Origin: Scyliorhinus canicula
Lineage: Eukaryota
DNA length: 64,000 nucleotides
Assembly (NCBI RefSeq): GCF_902713615.1
Contig: NC_052156.1
Coordinates: 165,970,789 to 166,034,788, forward strand
Direction: 5' to 3'
Shown here: positions 11,804 through 24,100 of the stretch, one piece after another
How the letters are laid out: each line of letters begins with the position of its first letter
Position numbering within the stretch: position 1 is the first letter of the stretch
Translations under genes and position numbers: made by a program
The notes under the pieces: generated by a model
Seen by the model: only the letters and a program-made list of their open reading frames with translations
Told to the model about the DNA's origin: nothing
Database searches by the model: none

Positions 11804-12544
11804 ATTTTGAGGATAAACCTCAAATGTTGAGCCAAGAAAGCCCCCAGATAATAAGAGTAAAACTGAATCCCTAAAATTGACAATGGTCTATTCCCTAGTC
11901 ACACTCGCCATAATAAGAACAGGCATTCACCTATAAAATGACAAAGGCACAAGATCGAAGATGGGAGTAAAAGAGGTTAATGTTTCGGGACTTTACATCA
12001 GAGCCATCTTTCTAGTTAACCTGCACGTGAGCCGATCAGTTACCTCCTCAAGCCCGTGTGAAATTGTGACATTATTATTATTTGAAAATGTCTTCATTGA
12101 TTTTCATCCAAATGCATCCAAACTATTATCTAAGCCTCTATATTTTGGGGAGTTCTTCATCTTTATTCAGAGATGACAGTTTTATTTTTAATCCTTTGAT
12201 GGCTCAAACACTAATGTTTCATTAATGATATGTGGGGATCCTGTAGCATGCTCAGGAAACTAGCAGCTGCTTATTTTTTCTTTTAAATCATGACTGCATT
12301 AAAAGAACATGAAGCTGCCTTTGAGGAGCGAATGCTAATTATTATTCTCTCCACTGTAGATTTGCATCATAAAAGGTATAACTCTGTGTCGCAGATGCTC
12401 ATTAAACTCAGATTAACACAGCTAAACAGTGTGGAGTGTGGTGTGTTTACCCAATGTTTCTGTGAAAACTACGCTCGCTGGTTTAACCAATCAAATACGG
12501 CAGTACTCCCAGATACTCTGTTTCATACTGTCTTATCTGAATGA

Positions 12545-12721
12545 ATGAAAATGAAATGAAAATCACTTATTGTCACAAGTAGGCTTCAAATGAAGTTACT
12601 GTGAAAAGCCACATTCCGGCGCCTGTTCGGGGAGGCTGGTACAGGAATTGAACCATGCTGCTGGCCTGCCTTGGTCTGCTTTAAAAGCCAGCGATTTAAC
12701 CCAGTGTGCTAAACCAGCCCC
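12545..12721 (-). mobile_element. Short tRNA SINE
   Basis: Same family as 9226-9414. Confidence 0.85.
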
Positions 12722-13237
12722 TATCGCAGCGATGGAATTAGGTTGCTGAAAGTGGCCTGGAAATACCCCGAGACTGTACAGGAGGGGAAATCACCCACAG
12801 CCCCTACACCTTATCACCATTCAGTGGCCCGTAGTGGAAATTCCTGGTCGGAGGGGAGTAGATATGGAGAAGGTACATCTGCTGACTGCCAGGCCCTAAC
12901 CCCTCAGTGCAATAACCTGCTGATGTTCACTCTTTAGGCTCACAGAGGAAGGATGGCCATGAGAATTGTAGAATGGTTACCGGACAGAAGGAGTCCATTC
13001 AGCCCATTGTGTTAGTACCGTGCTGTGCCATTGGATGATCCTCTTCCATTAGCTCAGGAAGGCTGGACAACATGGATCCAGAGAGTGATAATTGCTCGCT
13101 AGTATATGAGGAGAGGATCCAGTCTAGCACAACATTCAGTCAGTCACTTTCAGACTCACACATCATTAAGAGCCACTTGGGGAAGCCCCTTATGGAAACA
13201 TACACTAACCAGGTGGCAGCAACTTCTGCAGATGGAG

Positions 13238-13537
13238 CTAGCAGAGTGATTAGCACTGTTGCTTCACAGCACCATTGTCCCAGGTTCGATTCCCGCTTGG
13301 GTCACTGCCTGTGCGGAGTCTGCACGTTCTCCCCGTGTCTGTGTGGGTTTCCCCCGGGTGCTCCGGTTTCCTCCCACAAGTCCTGAAAGACGTGCTTGTT
13401 AGGTAATTTGGACATTCTGAATTCTCCCTCTGTGTACCCAAACAGGCGCCGGAATGTGGCGACTAGGAGATTTTCACAGTAACTTCATTGCAGTGTTAAT
13501 GTAAGCCTACTTGTGACAATAATAAAGATTATTATTA
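13238..13537 (+). mobile_element. V-SINE with (ATT)n-ending tail
   Basis: B box, V-domain, ...GACAATAATAAAGATTATTATT. Confidence 0.88.
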
Positions 13538-14511
13538 AGGGGAAAGTGGGGAAGGAAACTGCTGAGAAGCGGAGAAACGACCATCGCAAGTCATACAATG
13601 CATTCTTTCGCCATCTTTTCAGTGCAATGTGTAATTTACACCAACAGCCTTCAGTCTTGTCCATTCAATTTGAGGCATTTCGAAATGGTTTAAAGGCGTT
13701 GGGGGACAGCTTTAGTTCTCACATTTGAAAGGGTATTGCACCTTAAAAGATCATTTGCAATTGTTTAGCACAGAGGGCTAAATAGCTGGCTTGTAATGCA
13801 CCAAACAGGTGCCGGAATGTGGCAACTAGGGGCTTTTCACAGTAACTTCATTGACGCCTATTTGTGACAATAAGCTATTAAGTATCCTACTGCCTCTGTC
13901 AGATGTCACTGTGTTACAGAGACCAGCCCCATTTCAATGTTTCGATGTTCATATTACAATGACATTATTGCCTCAGCGTCAATTTCAGCATGAGTGGAAA
14001 CAGACGTGCTATCGAGGCAGACAGAATCATGTATTTTGGATGTTAAAGCATAGGTCGAGGGACGTATGGATGCCAGTTCGGTCGAATGGCCTGTTTCAAT
14101 GCTGTGTATTCTATCCAACTCTATATAATTTTATTGTAGATCAGGTAACCTTTCGCTGCCGATCTCTCCAGAACTTCCCTAGTTATCAGGGAAGGTACAG
14201 CAGCCAAAATCATAGGTACACATTATTAATGATTCAGATAGACCAGCGATACAGAGTCTGCTCTCAGGAGTTGCACTCGTAACAGTTGATTGCTGATTAC
14301 CTGCATGAGGGAAATTTAGTAGCTTAAAGGCCGGCAGCTTGTTTAGAAATTCCAGTCTTCGGCAATGTAAACTGGGACAGCGCAACATGAAAATTGCTTC
14401 GAAAATATCTGCCCTTGTACAAACTGGTGTTCGGGCAGCCTTGAACTCCACAAAAAGACATTTGGGAGTGTTAATAGTGTTAGAAATTTGAGCCAGCATC
14501 TGTTTGAGCCA

Positions 14512-14675
14512 GGGCTGTTTAGCACAGGGCTAATTTGCTGGCTTTGAAAGCAGGCTAGCAGCACGGTTCGATTCCTGTAACAGCCTCCCCGAACAGGCGC
14601 CGGAATGTGGCGACTAGGGGCTTTTCACAGTAACTTCATTGAAGCCTACTCGTGACGATAAGCGATTTTCATTTC
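14512..14675 (+). mobile_element. Short tRNA SINE
   Basis: Same family as 9226-9414. Confidence 0.82.
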
Positions 14676-15689
14676 AAGAGCTCCTTTGAGTCTGCTGTGT
14701 CAATGCTATCTCGTTCAGGAAGTAGTACGTGTTGCTCCTTCATAGAAAGAATTTGGACTCACGCTGAGTTGGAGAATTGTTATTAGGACACATTCCTTGT
14801 ATGAAGAAGCACAATTTCCAGGTCTTTAGGTAAAGGCCTAAGTCAGACCTCTTTATATGTCATCTCTTGCACCATGTGGTAACGGCAACTAATGCACGAG
14901 GAGAAAAGTACTCAAAATGCTGACTCTCTCGCCTCAATTGAGGAAGGCAAGAAGAGGCATTGAAAACCCCCGCAGGCGTCAACTGGGAAAAACATATAAC
15001 CTGAAGAAAGTGAATTCTATCTGTACCTGAGGTTAAATTAAGCTTTTCCCTGTCTGGAGTGTGAAAAACAATTTTAACGAATACTTATAGACAAATTTTG
15101 CGGCAAACGGTAGATCACTGGGAATGGAGGACAAACTCTGCCAGCTAAATATATTTATTTTGTTGTGCTTCTGATGTTGAATTTAAATGCTGCACATAAT
15201 TAATTGCGTGAGTGCTTTGACATGGTAATAAATTAATGCTTAAATACCAGCATCTATTTACAAATGCTGAAAAGATTGCCCGCCACTATAAAGCACAATC
15301 AAATTTCAAGATAATAAGAGTTATTGAATTATAAAACAGCTACACCATTACCAGCCAGGCATCTGCCAATATATTGATGTAACCGGCTGGCACTGTAGCC
15401 GAGTATCTGTTTTCTGTTAATGCTGTAATTTCCCATTGTAACGGAGATTAATCACTGATTGGGCACCACACATTCTGCATTTACTTCCACAACTGGCTGT
15501 TGGCTTCTGATAGTACACTTAGATAAGAATACCATCTTGAACTGAAAGTACAAGACCAACAACAATTTGGTTCTGTTTCGAACTTCATGGACAGATTTAT
15601 TTCTATCTATTTTTATGCCACTCATTTATCAAATGATAAATTTTGATCATGACACACACGTCCCTGATTTCATATTCTTTTTATCAGTT

Positions 15690-16940
15690 ATAGACGGTGG
15701 GCTCGCTGGCTAGGCCAGCATTTATAGCCCAGCTCTAGTTGCCCTTGAGAAGGTGGTGGTGAACTGCCTTTTGATCTGCTGCAGTCCATGTGGTGTAGGT
15801 ACACCTACTCTGCTGTTAGGGATGAAATGCTGGGATTTTTGACCCAGCGACAGTGAAGGAACGGCTCAGGATGATGAATGATTTGGAGGGGAACCTCCAG
15901 GTGGTGGGGTTCCCAGGTATCTGCTGCCCTTCCAGATGGCAGAGGTGTGGGTTTGAAAGGTGCTGCTGAAGGAACGTTGGTGAGTTCCTGCAGTGCATCT
16001 TGCAGATGGTACATACGGCTGCCACTGTTTGTCAGTGGTGGAGGGTTTGAATGTTTGTGGAATGGGGAGCAATCAAGTGAGCTGGTTTGTCCTGAATGGT
16101 GTTGAGCTTCTTGAGTGTTGTTGGAGCTGTATTTATCCAAGCAAGTGGAGGGTATTCCATTACAGTCCTGACTTGTGCCTTGTAGATGGTGGACAGGCTT
16201 TGGGGAGCCAGGAGGCCAGTGACTCACCACTGGATTGCTAGTTTCTGACCTGCTCTTATAGCCACAGTGTTTATATGGATGGTCCAGTTCAGTTTCTGGT
16301 CAATGGTAACCCCTCCCAGAATGTTAGCAGTGGGGGATTCAGCAATGGTAATTCCATTGATAATCAAAGGGCTAGTTAGATCCTCTCTTGTTGTCTGGCA
16401 CTTGTGTGTTGTCAATATTACTTACCGCTTGTCAGCCGAAACCTGGATATTGTCCACATCTTGTTGCATTTGGACATGGACTGCTTTAGTGTATGAGGAG
16501 TCCCAAATGGTGCTCAACAGTGTGCAATCATTAGCGTACATCCCCAATTCTGACCTGACGACGGGCGGCATGGTAGCACAGTGGTTAGCACTGTTGCTTC
16601 ATAGCGCCAGGGTCCCAGGTTCGACTCCCAGCTTGGGTCACTGTCTGTGCAGAGTCTGCACGTTCTCCCCGTGTCTGCGTGGGTTTCCTCCGGGTGATCC
16701 AGTTTCCTCGCACAAATCCCGAAAAATGTGCTTGTTAGGTGAATTGGACATTCTGAATTCTCCCTCTGTGACCCGAACAGGCGGCGGAGTGTGGTGACTA
16801 GGGGCTGTTCACAGTAACTCCACTGCAGTGTTAATATAAGCCGACTTGTGACATTAATAAAGATTGTTATTAGTTGAAGGAAGGTCATTGATGAAGCAGC
16901 TGAAGTTGGTTGGGCCTCGGACACTACCCTGAGGCACCCC
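15690..16940 (-). mobile_element. CR1/L2-superfamily LINE 3' fragment, with a V-SINE inserted at 16563-16872 (+)
   Basis: ILGVTIDQKLNW..HIN and PQGSV-like RT remnants; related fragment at 58170-58385. Confidence 0.75.
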
Positions 16941-18136
16941 CTTCACACAATTAGTTGCTTCTCAATGGTGAAGTCAATTTAATTTAGTCAAAATTAAGTG
17001 CGAGAGGTGTGTGTACTTAGACTGCTTAAAAGTAAGATGCCAGTCAATAGATCGAACTGATAAAATCAAAGAATGTTCAAGTCTAGCAGAGTGATGGAGA
17101 AGCAGAGAGAGCATTAACAAGCTAATGCCAATTCTCAATCCATAACCATCAACTATCCTTTATCTTCAGTGCCTTGTACTAAATCCTGGTTGAAAGTTTC
17201 ATTGCCGGCTAAAATATTCTATAAGCCATCAGCATGAAGTTAAAGGTAAATGATATCAGTGCTGGGATTTGGAATAATTATGTAATCGCCTGTTGAATCA
17301 ATGGATGAAATTTAGTCGTCATGAGAGAGGAGGCTAATCCTGTACATAGATTTATAGCTGTAAATGGCACTTTGAAAGACAAGAGAAGCTTATTTGATAA
17401 AGTAAAAGCAAAAAAACCTAAATGACCCAAAGTTCCTTTAACTCGCTGCAGTGTGTCTGCGGCGCTAGTTGAATGCAAGAAGCCTAGGGGAGGCAAGGCC
17501 TCCTCTCAGAATCCTACATCCCAAATTGTGCAGGGAGCCCCCCAAGTGAGCAGAACTTCATCCCAAACATGGAGATGGAGGTTTGAGGATATCAGAAATA
17601 AGGAAAATGTTTGTTGCGCGCATCCCATCGTCAACAATTGCCAAGTCTGACAGTTAAGGCTTCAAGTAAAACCCAATTGCGAATGAAGCTTTGTTTACAG
17701 AGCTATGATATGGTAGGTGACAGACGTCATGACTTCTTGGAAAGGACAATAGTTAAATTAACTATCCAGTTTGATTTTGCAAATTGTTTACGAATTCTAC
17801 ACTAGCATCGTGTTAAAAAGTGGCCTGCCAATATCGTATTCTCAAGTTTGGGTTCTTAACGCAACCTAGAAACCAATTTGTGCAAAGCTAAATTTTGTCA
17901 ATTACATGAAAAGCTTTCTTAATGTTAGTGTTGTTCCAGGTGTTATATCAACTTCCCAGCATCACCCTCTTTTGTTACATCTCTGCTCAGTGCTGTTCTC
18001 CAGCAAGGAGCCAGACAGAAGTAGGATTGATAAATCTGATCACAGCTCATCAATTCTTTGAGAAGACGATGGGAGTCTGGCTCTGTAGCGATAGGAAGAA
18101 CTACTTGCTTTATATTGTAACTACAACTGACAATAC

Positions 18137-18526
18137 TGTCGTGTTAGGTACACTGGTCTAACACTGGCTGCAATTGGATGCAACTAGATCAGAAAGATAC
18201 TCCAGACATTGAATTAGTTCAATCAGGTTTATTGAATTGATAGCACAGTTCTCTGTGAGTTCGACTCTCTGCTAATTTAAGTTACTCTGTCTGACTGAAC
18301 CAGACTAGCTGTTAGCCACGTGGTGGCGGTGTGGGATTGTAACAACACCCTTGACTGACTCTCTAGATGTTCATCAGTGGAAAGAGTTGGAGTGTGAGTG
18401 CCTCGTGTCTTTTATAGTCAGATCCCACCCCTGAGTGTCCTGCTTGATAATTGGTCATGTCCTGTTCTCTGTGTCCATTAGCTGCTTGTCTGTATATCAT
18501 TATGTGTGTGTCTGCATATCATGACA
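18137..18526 (-). mobile_element. Solo LTR, 390 bp
   Basis: TGTCGTG...CATGACA termini; perfect 5-bp TSD AATAC (18132-18136 and 18527-18531); AATAAA on minus strand. Confidence 0.92.
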
Positions 18527-19571
18527 AATACTTGTTCCCAAAGGCAACTTGTCAGGTGATGTTGTGAGATACTGCCTCGCCTTGAACGTCTCATACCCAG
18601 AGGCTGTCAATGTCATGGTTGGCACAGGGATCTTTTACACTCCATATTCATTTGTGATTGTGAGGGGTTGGATTATATTTAGTAAATTACAAGGCGAGGA
18701 TTAATCAGACTTTCCTGGAATTTAGAAATGTTAAACTGCTATAAATTTCTCTCAATCGTGTCGTCCTGTTAACCTTTAGCCTTTGCTTGGTAAACAGGAA
18801 AACAAAGGTCAATTTTAAGTATCGTTAGACTATTGAGCCAAAGCTGACCCTGCAGCAATGGTCAATTTGAGGATGAAGTAGGAAGAGGTTTAATGAAAAA
18901 CCTGCCATTGAATCATTAGGTAACAGGCTGGAAAAATATCTGGTCATAAATCATCAATTTTAACTTGAGTTTCTGTAAAAGCAGGAGATTGACGGGCGTG
19001 TAATGGTATGGAGTCAAATGCAGACTTTTAATTAATGTTTCACTTGGTGGAGTAGCAATCAAACGTAACAAGAATGAAACTATCTGTACAACTCCAGTTC
19101 TGGTCTACAGAAAAAGAAGAACCATTCAAGCAAATAAAACTGAAGAGGCAGATATCAGATAAGTCCATAAAATTCTCCTTATCATGAATTTAGCAATTAT
19201 ACATTAGCAGAATTCACAATGATATGGTTTGTGACAGGATGGGAGGGGGAAATTGTACAAGACTGATTACTGGCAAGTGTTCTTGGATTCGCAAAAGCTG
19301 AAGCTTCTGAGCTCAGATGTACAACGTGCAGGAGCACCTCAGCTACAGCAGCAAGCTATTGCAGGCATCACTTTTAACTGCACTATGACAGGCTCGGTGT
19401 ACTTCATATTATCTGTGACACCTGATATTCAACATGTTAAAGCTTTATTGATTTGAGGAGCAACTTACAATCAAAATCCTCATCTAACAAAATTGGGGAG
19501 GATTTGTTGCCAGAAGATAATATTTCTACTCTGAACCCTCTGTCAACATATACCTAGCTGCAAATAACACT

Positions 19572-22500
19572 GAGCGCGATCTAACGGGAGAAGCACTCAG
19601 TGCCGTAGCGGGCACGGTATCCCAGGGAAACCACAGCTGGTATCTAACGGCGATTAGTGCCGGGACTTATCCTCCACGTCCTTCGTTGCCAAAATGGCTG
19701 TCCCGTCAACTGATTCGCCTGGACCGCACTTGGCAGTTCCCCGCGAAGGAGCCTCCGTTGATGGTACCGCTGCCTTCTCTGAGCTACCACCAGCATCGCG
19801 AGGGAAGCCGCTGTGGGTTCGCCAACACCATCCATATTATTATATCTGGAAGGAATTAGAGAGGGGGAGGGACCAATAACCTTTGGGGCTTCTACCCGGA
19901 GACCCTCCAATTCGTCAAGCCACCCCCACCCTTCCGTGTCCCGCCTTCTCTCAGGGAGCCAGTTGTGCTGGAAGACCCCACCCTGCACACTCACCCCTGG
20001 CTATAGCGGGGGCCTCTAGGCCCTGGACCCCAGGTCCCAGACCGTTGCTGGGAACATTCGGGGAGCTGAGCTCAGGAACCATCCCCTGATCCACATACTC
20101 ACCCTCTGGATGCAGGGATATCCCCGGTGCTGAAGCCCAGCTTTAGGGTGTTTGATTATTGGCTGCTGCCTCTGTGGTCCAGACGCCCCCCCAGGGTTCA
20201 GCCAAAGTGTCCAGACCTAGGCAGTAACGCTCACCTCAGACACGGCATGTGTACCCATGGGAATGCACTTGAGAATAATTTGTTTATTAAACGATCAACA
20301 GAACCTTTGTACAAAAAGATGAAAACAAACTACATAACAGCCCAATACAAGGACGTCACGCTCACGCAGTGGTTAGCACTGCTGCCTCACGATGCTGAGG
20401 ACCAAGGTTTGAGTTGTCACGCTCTCCCTGTGTCTGCGTGAGTCTCACCCCCAGGGTAGGTGGATTGGCCATGCTAAATTGCCCCTTAATTGAAAATCTT
20501 TTTAAAAAGTAACAGTCCACACTGACCATTAACCAACAGAGAAAAGGCACCGTGCCAGACACACGAGCATGTTTTCACCAAAGAATATCGGTACAAATAC
20601 CACGATACAACATTAAACAGTCAACAGTACAATTGGATCCCCATCAATCTGCAAAAGCATTTCTTCAACACCTTTATCAAGTTGCTCATTCGGATCAACC
20701 CGCCTCTCTCTCCCCTTCTCGCACCTCCCAGAGGTAGACTCTCAAAAAACACACAGCCTTCACACATTTGGACCTACCAGCAGCAGCAATCAACAAACAC
20801 ACCCTGCAGTTAGACTTGAGAATATTTTCTTTATTAAATGTCAACAGGAACAAAGATTTGAAAAGCAAACTGTGTAACATTCCACATATCACACTGACCA
20901 TTAAACAACAAGGAAATGTCACCCTACCATATTGATACCAATACAAAGCTCATTTTCACCAAAAAAAAGCCAAACACACGGTAACGTCCCTCGCAGGTTC
21001 CTCAGCAGTAACAGAGGATAAGCCTGAGAATGTGTTATTATGTCCAGAACTTTGTCGTAGAAATGATCTGTCCCTCAATGTGTGACTTGTTCTACGTATC
21101 AGAGCCATTCTCTGCCCAGAAGCCACAGCTGTGCAGGCCCCTCCCACACGGCCCAATCTCACCGCAACCAAATCCTGGCATCCACATATTCCACTGACAC
21201 TCAAGATGTAGTTGAACATCCGTGACTTCCAGCGTGTTTAACCCACGGTGACATGCCAGTTACATGCAGCACTCACCACATCAGCAATCTGTGAAAGCAT
21301 TTCTTCAGTAGTGTCATCAGGTGGCCCATTGACTGATTGATTGATATTTATTGTCACGTGAACCGAAGTACAGTGAAATATATTTTTTTGCGGCCAAGGG
21401 AACATACACAGTACGTACATAGTAGACAAAAGAAAAATCGACAGAGTGCATTGCCAAATGGTACATCAACAAATAGTGATTGGTTACAGTGTGGAACAAG
21501 GGGCCAAACAAGAGCAGCATAGGGTGTTGTGAATAGTGTTCTGACAGGGAACAGATCAGTCCGAGGGAGAGTCGTTGAGAAGTCTTGTAGCTGTGGGGAA
21601 GAAGCTGTTCCTATGTCTGGATGTGCGAGTCTTCAGACTTCTGTACCTTCTGCATGATGGAAGGGTCTGGAAGAAGGCAATGCCTGGGTGTGAGGGGGTC
21701 TCTAACAATGCTGTCTGTCTTCCTGAGGCAGTGGGAGGTGTAGACAGAATCAATGTGGGGGTGGCAAGCTTGTGTGATGCATTGGGCTGAGTTCACCACC
21801 CTCTGCAGTTTCATGCGATCTTGGGCGGAGTAGTTGCCATACCAGGCTGTGATGCAGCCGGATAGGATGCTCTCTATCGCACATCTGTAGAAGTTTGTGA
21901 GAGTCGATGCAGACATGCCGAATTTCTTTTGGATCAATGTCACACACCAGGTCCCACAGTGTCTTCTTGCTTCAAACTGGATTGCCTTCTGGACTCATAG
22001 GTCCCCCGAGCCCAGCCTTCCAGGACCCCGGTATCTTAGAAAGAATTGTCTTTCTTTCCGGCTACAGGAAAGGAAGGAAACAGCAGCAGCAGCTTCCAGG
22101 CATCTGCAGCCACCAGCAGGAGCAAGCAGCAAACACAACCTGCAGCTGGGGAGTGCTCTCACATCGAACAATGCCAATTTCCTATTAGTAATGGTCTTCA
22201 GCTGTGAAGCCAGAGGCTGCTTACAGTCCACTATCAGAGGGAGGTAAAGTGACCGCACCATCTTACCATGCTCGTGACTCTGTCCTGGAGCTGTTTGGTG
22301 GGACAGGCAGTATAGTTGCCTGTTATAGGCATACACAATTTGGAGGACGGTAGGACCCGTAGGTGCTGAGCCTCTCAAGCCCCTAGTCCCGGGGCGACCT
22401 CTGACCTATGGCTCCAAGCCCCCTGAACAGGCCCGACCTCCCCATGGGACCTCCACCAGCATCAAACACCCCCCCCCCCCCCCAACCGAGTACCAGGGAA

Positions 22501-22857
22501 GTGGCTCCCGTGCCCCTGGACTGCTTGCCTGACAATAAAATCACTATTCACCTCCTCCGATCCTCTCAGCAGCCATTACCCAAGATTCCCGGTTTTTAGT
22601 AGGAATGCTAAAGCATCCACATGATCTCCTGCTGGGGAGCTGGTTAGATCCCAAGAGGCCGTTACGCTAGGGCGTCCGTCTCGTTAATGTGATGGGCAAT
22701 TGCCCTTAATTGGTTTCTCGTCATATCCAGGTGTGATCCAGAAGCTGCTAACAGGCGGGAATCGATTGCTGCCCGGCGCAGGTCCTGAATTCAGCCTCTC
22801 CTGTAATCTTAACGCCTGGAGCCGTGCTGGTCGCAATGCTGCCATTAAATTGCGCCC
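19572..22857 (-). mobile_element. PIF/Harbinger DNA transposon relic with decayed Myb/SANT ORF
   Basis: 16-bp imperfect TIRs GAGCGCGATCTAACGG and GGGCGCAATTTAATGG; 3-bp TSD ACT; Myb-like remnant ...SQIADVVSA...TRWK. Confidence 0.7.
21330..21928 (-). mobile_element. Rex1/Babar-like LINE 3' fragment nested in the Harbinger relic
   Basis: KKFGMS..TLTNFYRCAIESILSGCITAWYGN; (AATC)n tail. Confidence 0.85.
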
Positions 22858-23187
22858 ACTATCGTTAACATTAAGAGTTCATGGGAAGCATGACTAAACA
22901 CAGAAGTCATTTCATTCATCCTTTGAAAAACTCACTCACTTGGCTGATTTCAAACGTATATAATGATTTAAAAAGATGATGTTGGTAGTGGAATTCTACA
23001 GAGAGGGTCCATTGCCATGGTTAAGATACTCAACGCGAGTCTTGTTTAGCTGTCTAACCTATCCTAAAGGCTTTCACATCAACCACAGCCTCCAAAATGT
23101 ATTTGTCTTTATAGAGGTGAGGATTGACTGATCACTATGCATATTTCCCAATTTTCTAATTGTCTGATTCTAGTTTAGAAAGAAAAG

Positions 23188-23777
23188 GGGCGATATCGTA
23201 ATCAGCGATGGGGCGGAGAATCCGTTTACGACTGAATCAGGTGCGGCACCTCTTTTCGGAGGTTCCGCCCCCTCCAAAACGGCATCATCAAGGAGCACAC
23301 CGCACGGACGACCTCAGGGGGGTTACCGGAACGTCCTCCCATGATGCTCCGCCCCCAATGGGCCGCGTTCCCGATGGCAGGGGGCATGTGTGCTCTCAGT
23401 TTTCAGAACCCAGCGTGGCAGCTGCGTACTGTGTCCAGAGCCGCCACAGTCGGTGAAGGGTTAGAGGAACCGTGCTGCTGGCCAGGGGGGCTTCGGCGAG
23501 CGCTGGAGGGACGACTCGGGGTTGTCCAGGGGGGGGCACTATCTGGCCTGCACCATGTTGGATGGGGCGACTGCTGCAGGTCATCGCTGTGCGCATGTGC
23601 GGTCACAGACCTGGCAATTCTCCAGCCGTTTATATCGGGAAGGCCGTGCGTGTTTATGTGGCGCAGCTGCAAGCCCCTCACTAGTCGGAGCATTGCGCTG
23701 GGGCCTCACCGATTTTTTTTGGGCATAAAACTAGACACTTCCTCTGGACATAGCTTCAAAATCAGAGAATGCAGCCC
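23188..23777. mobile_element. Harbinger-type MITE
   Basis: GGGC...GCCC termini, 3-bp TSD AAG, GC-rich body. Confidence 0.72.
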
Positions 23778-24100
23778 AAGATCTGAAATCGGAGAATGAT
23801 GAGAACTTGACCATAATGCAGCACTGCCCAAATAACACAGAAATACAAGTCAAACTGTGGCCATTGATATTGCTTTCTAGGGCAATAGGAAAGTTAGCAA
23901 GTATAACCCCACTATTTAAGGGAGGGAGGGAGAGACAAAACAGACAGCTACAGACCTGTTCATTTGACATCAGTGATAGGGAAAAGATAGATGTGGTCAA
24001 TTGTTTTTTACCTTTCTGAATTTGTAAGAAGTAGCTAGGATGAAGGAATAGTGAATATGTGAATCATTTTCTTGTGTGTATATTGAGATCTTTCGAACCT

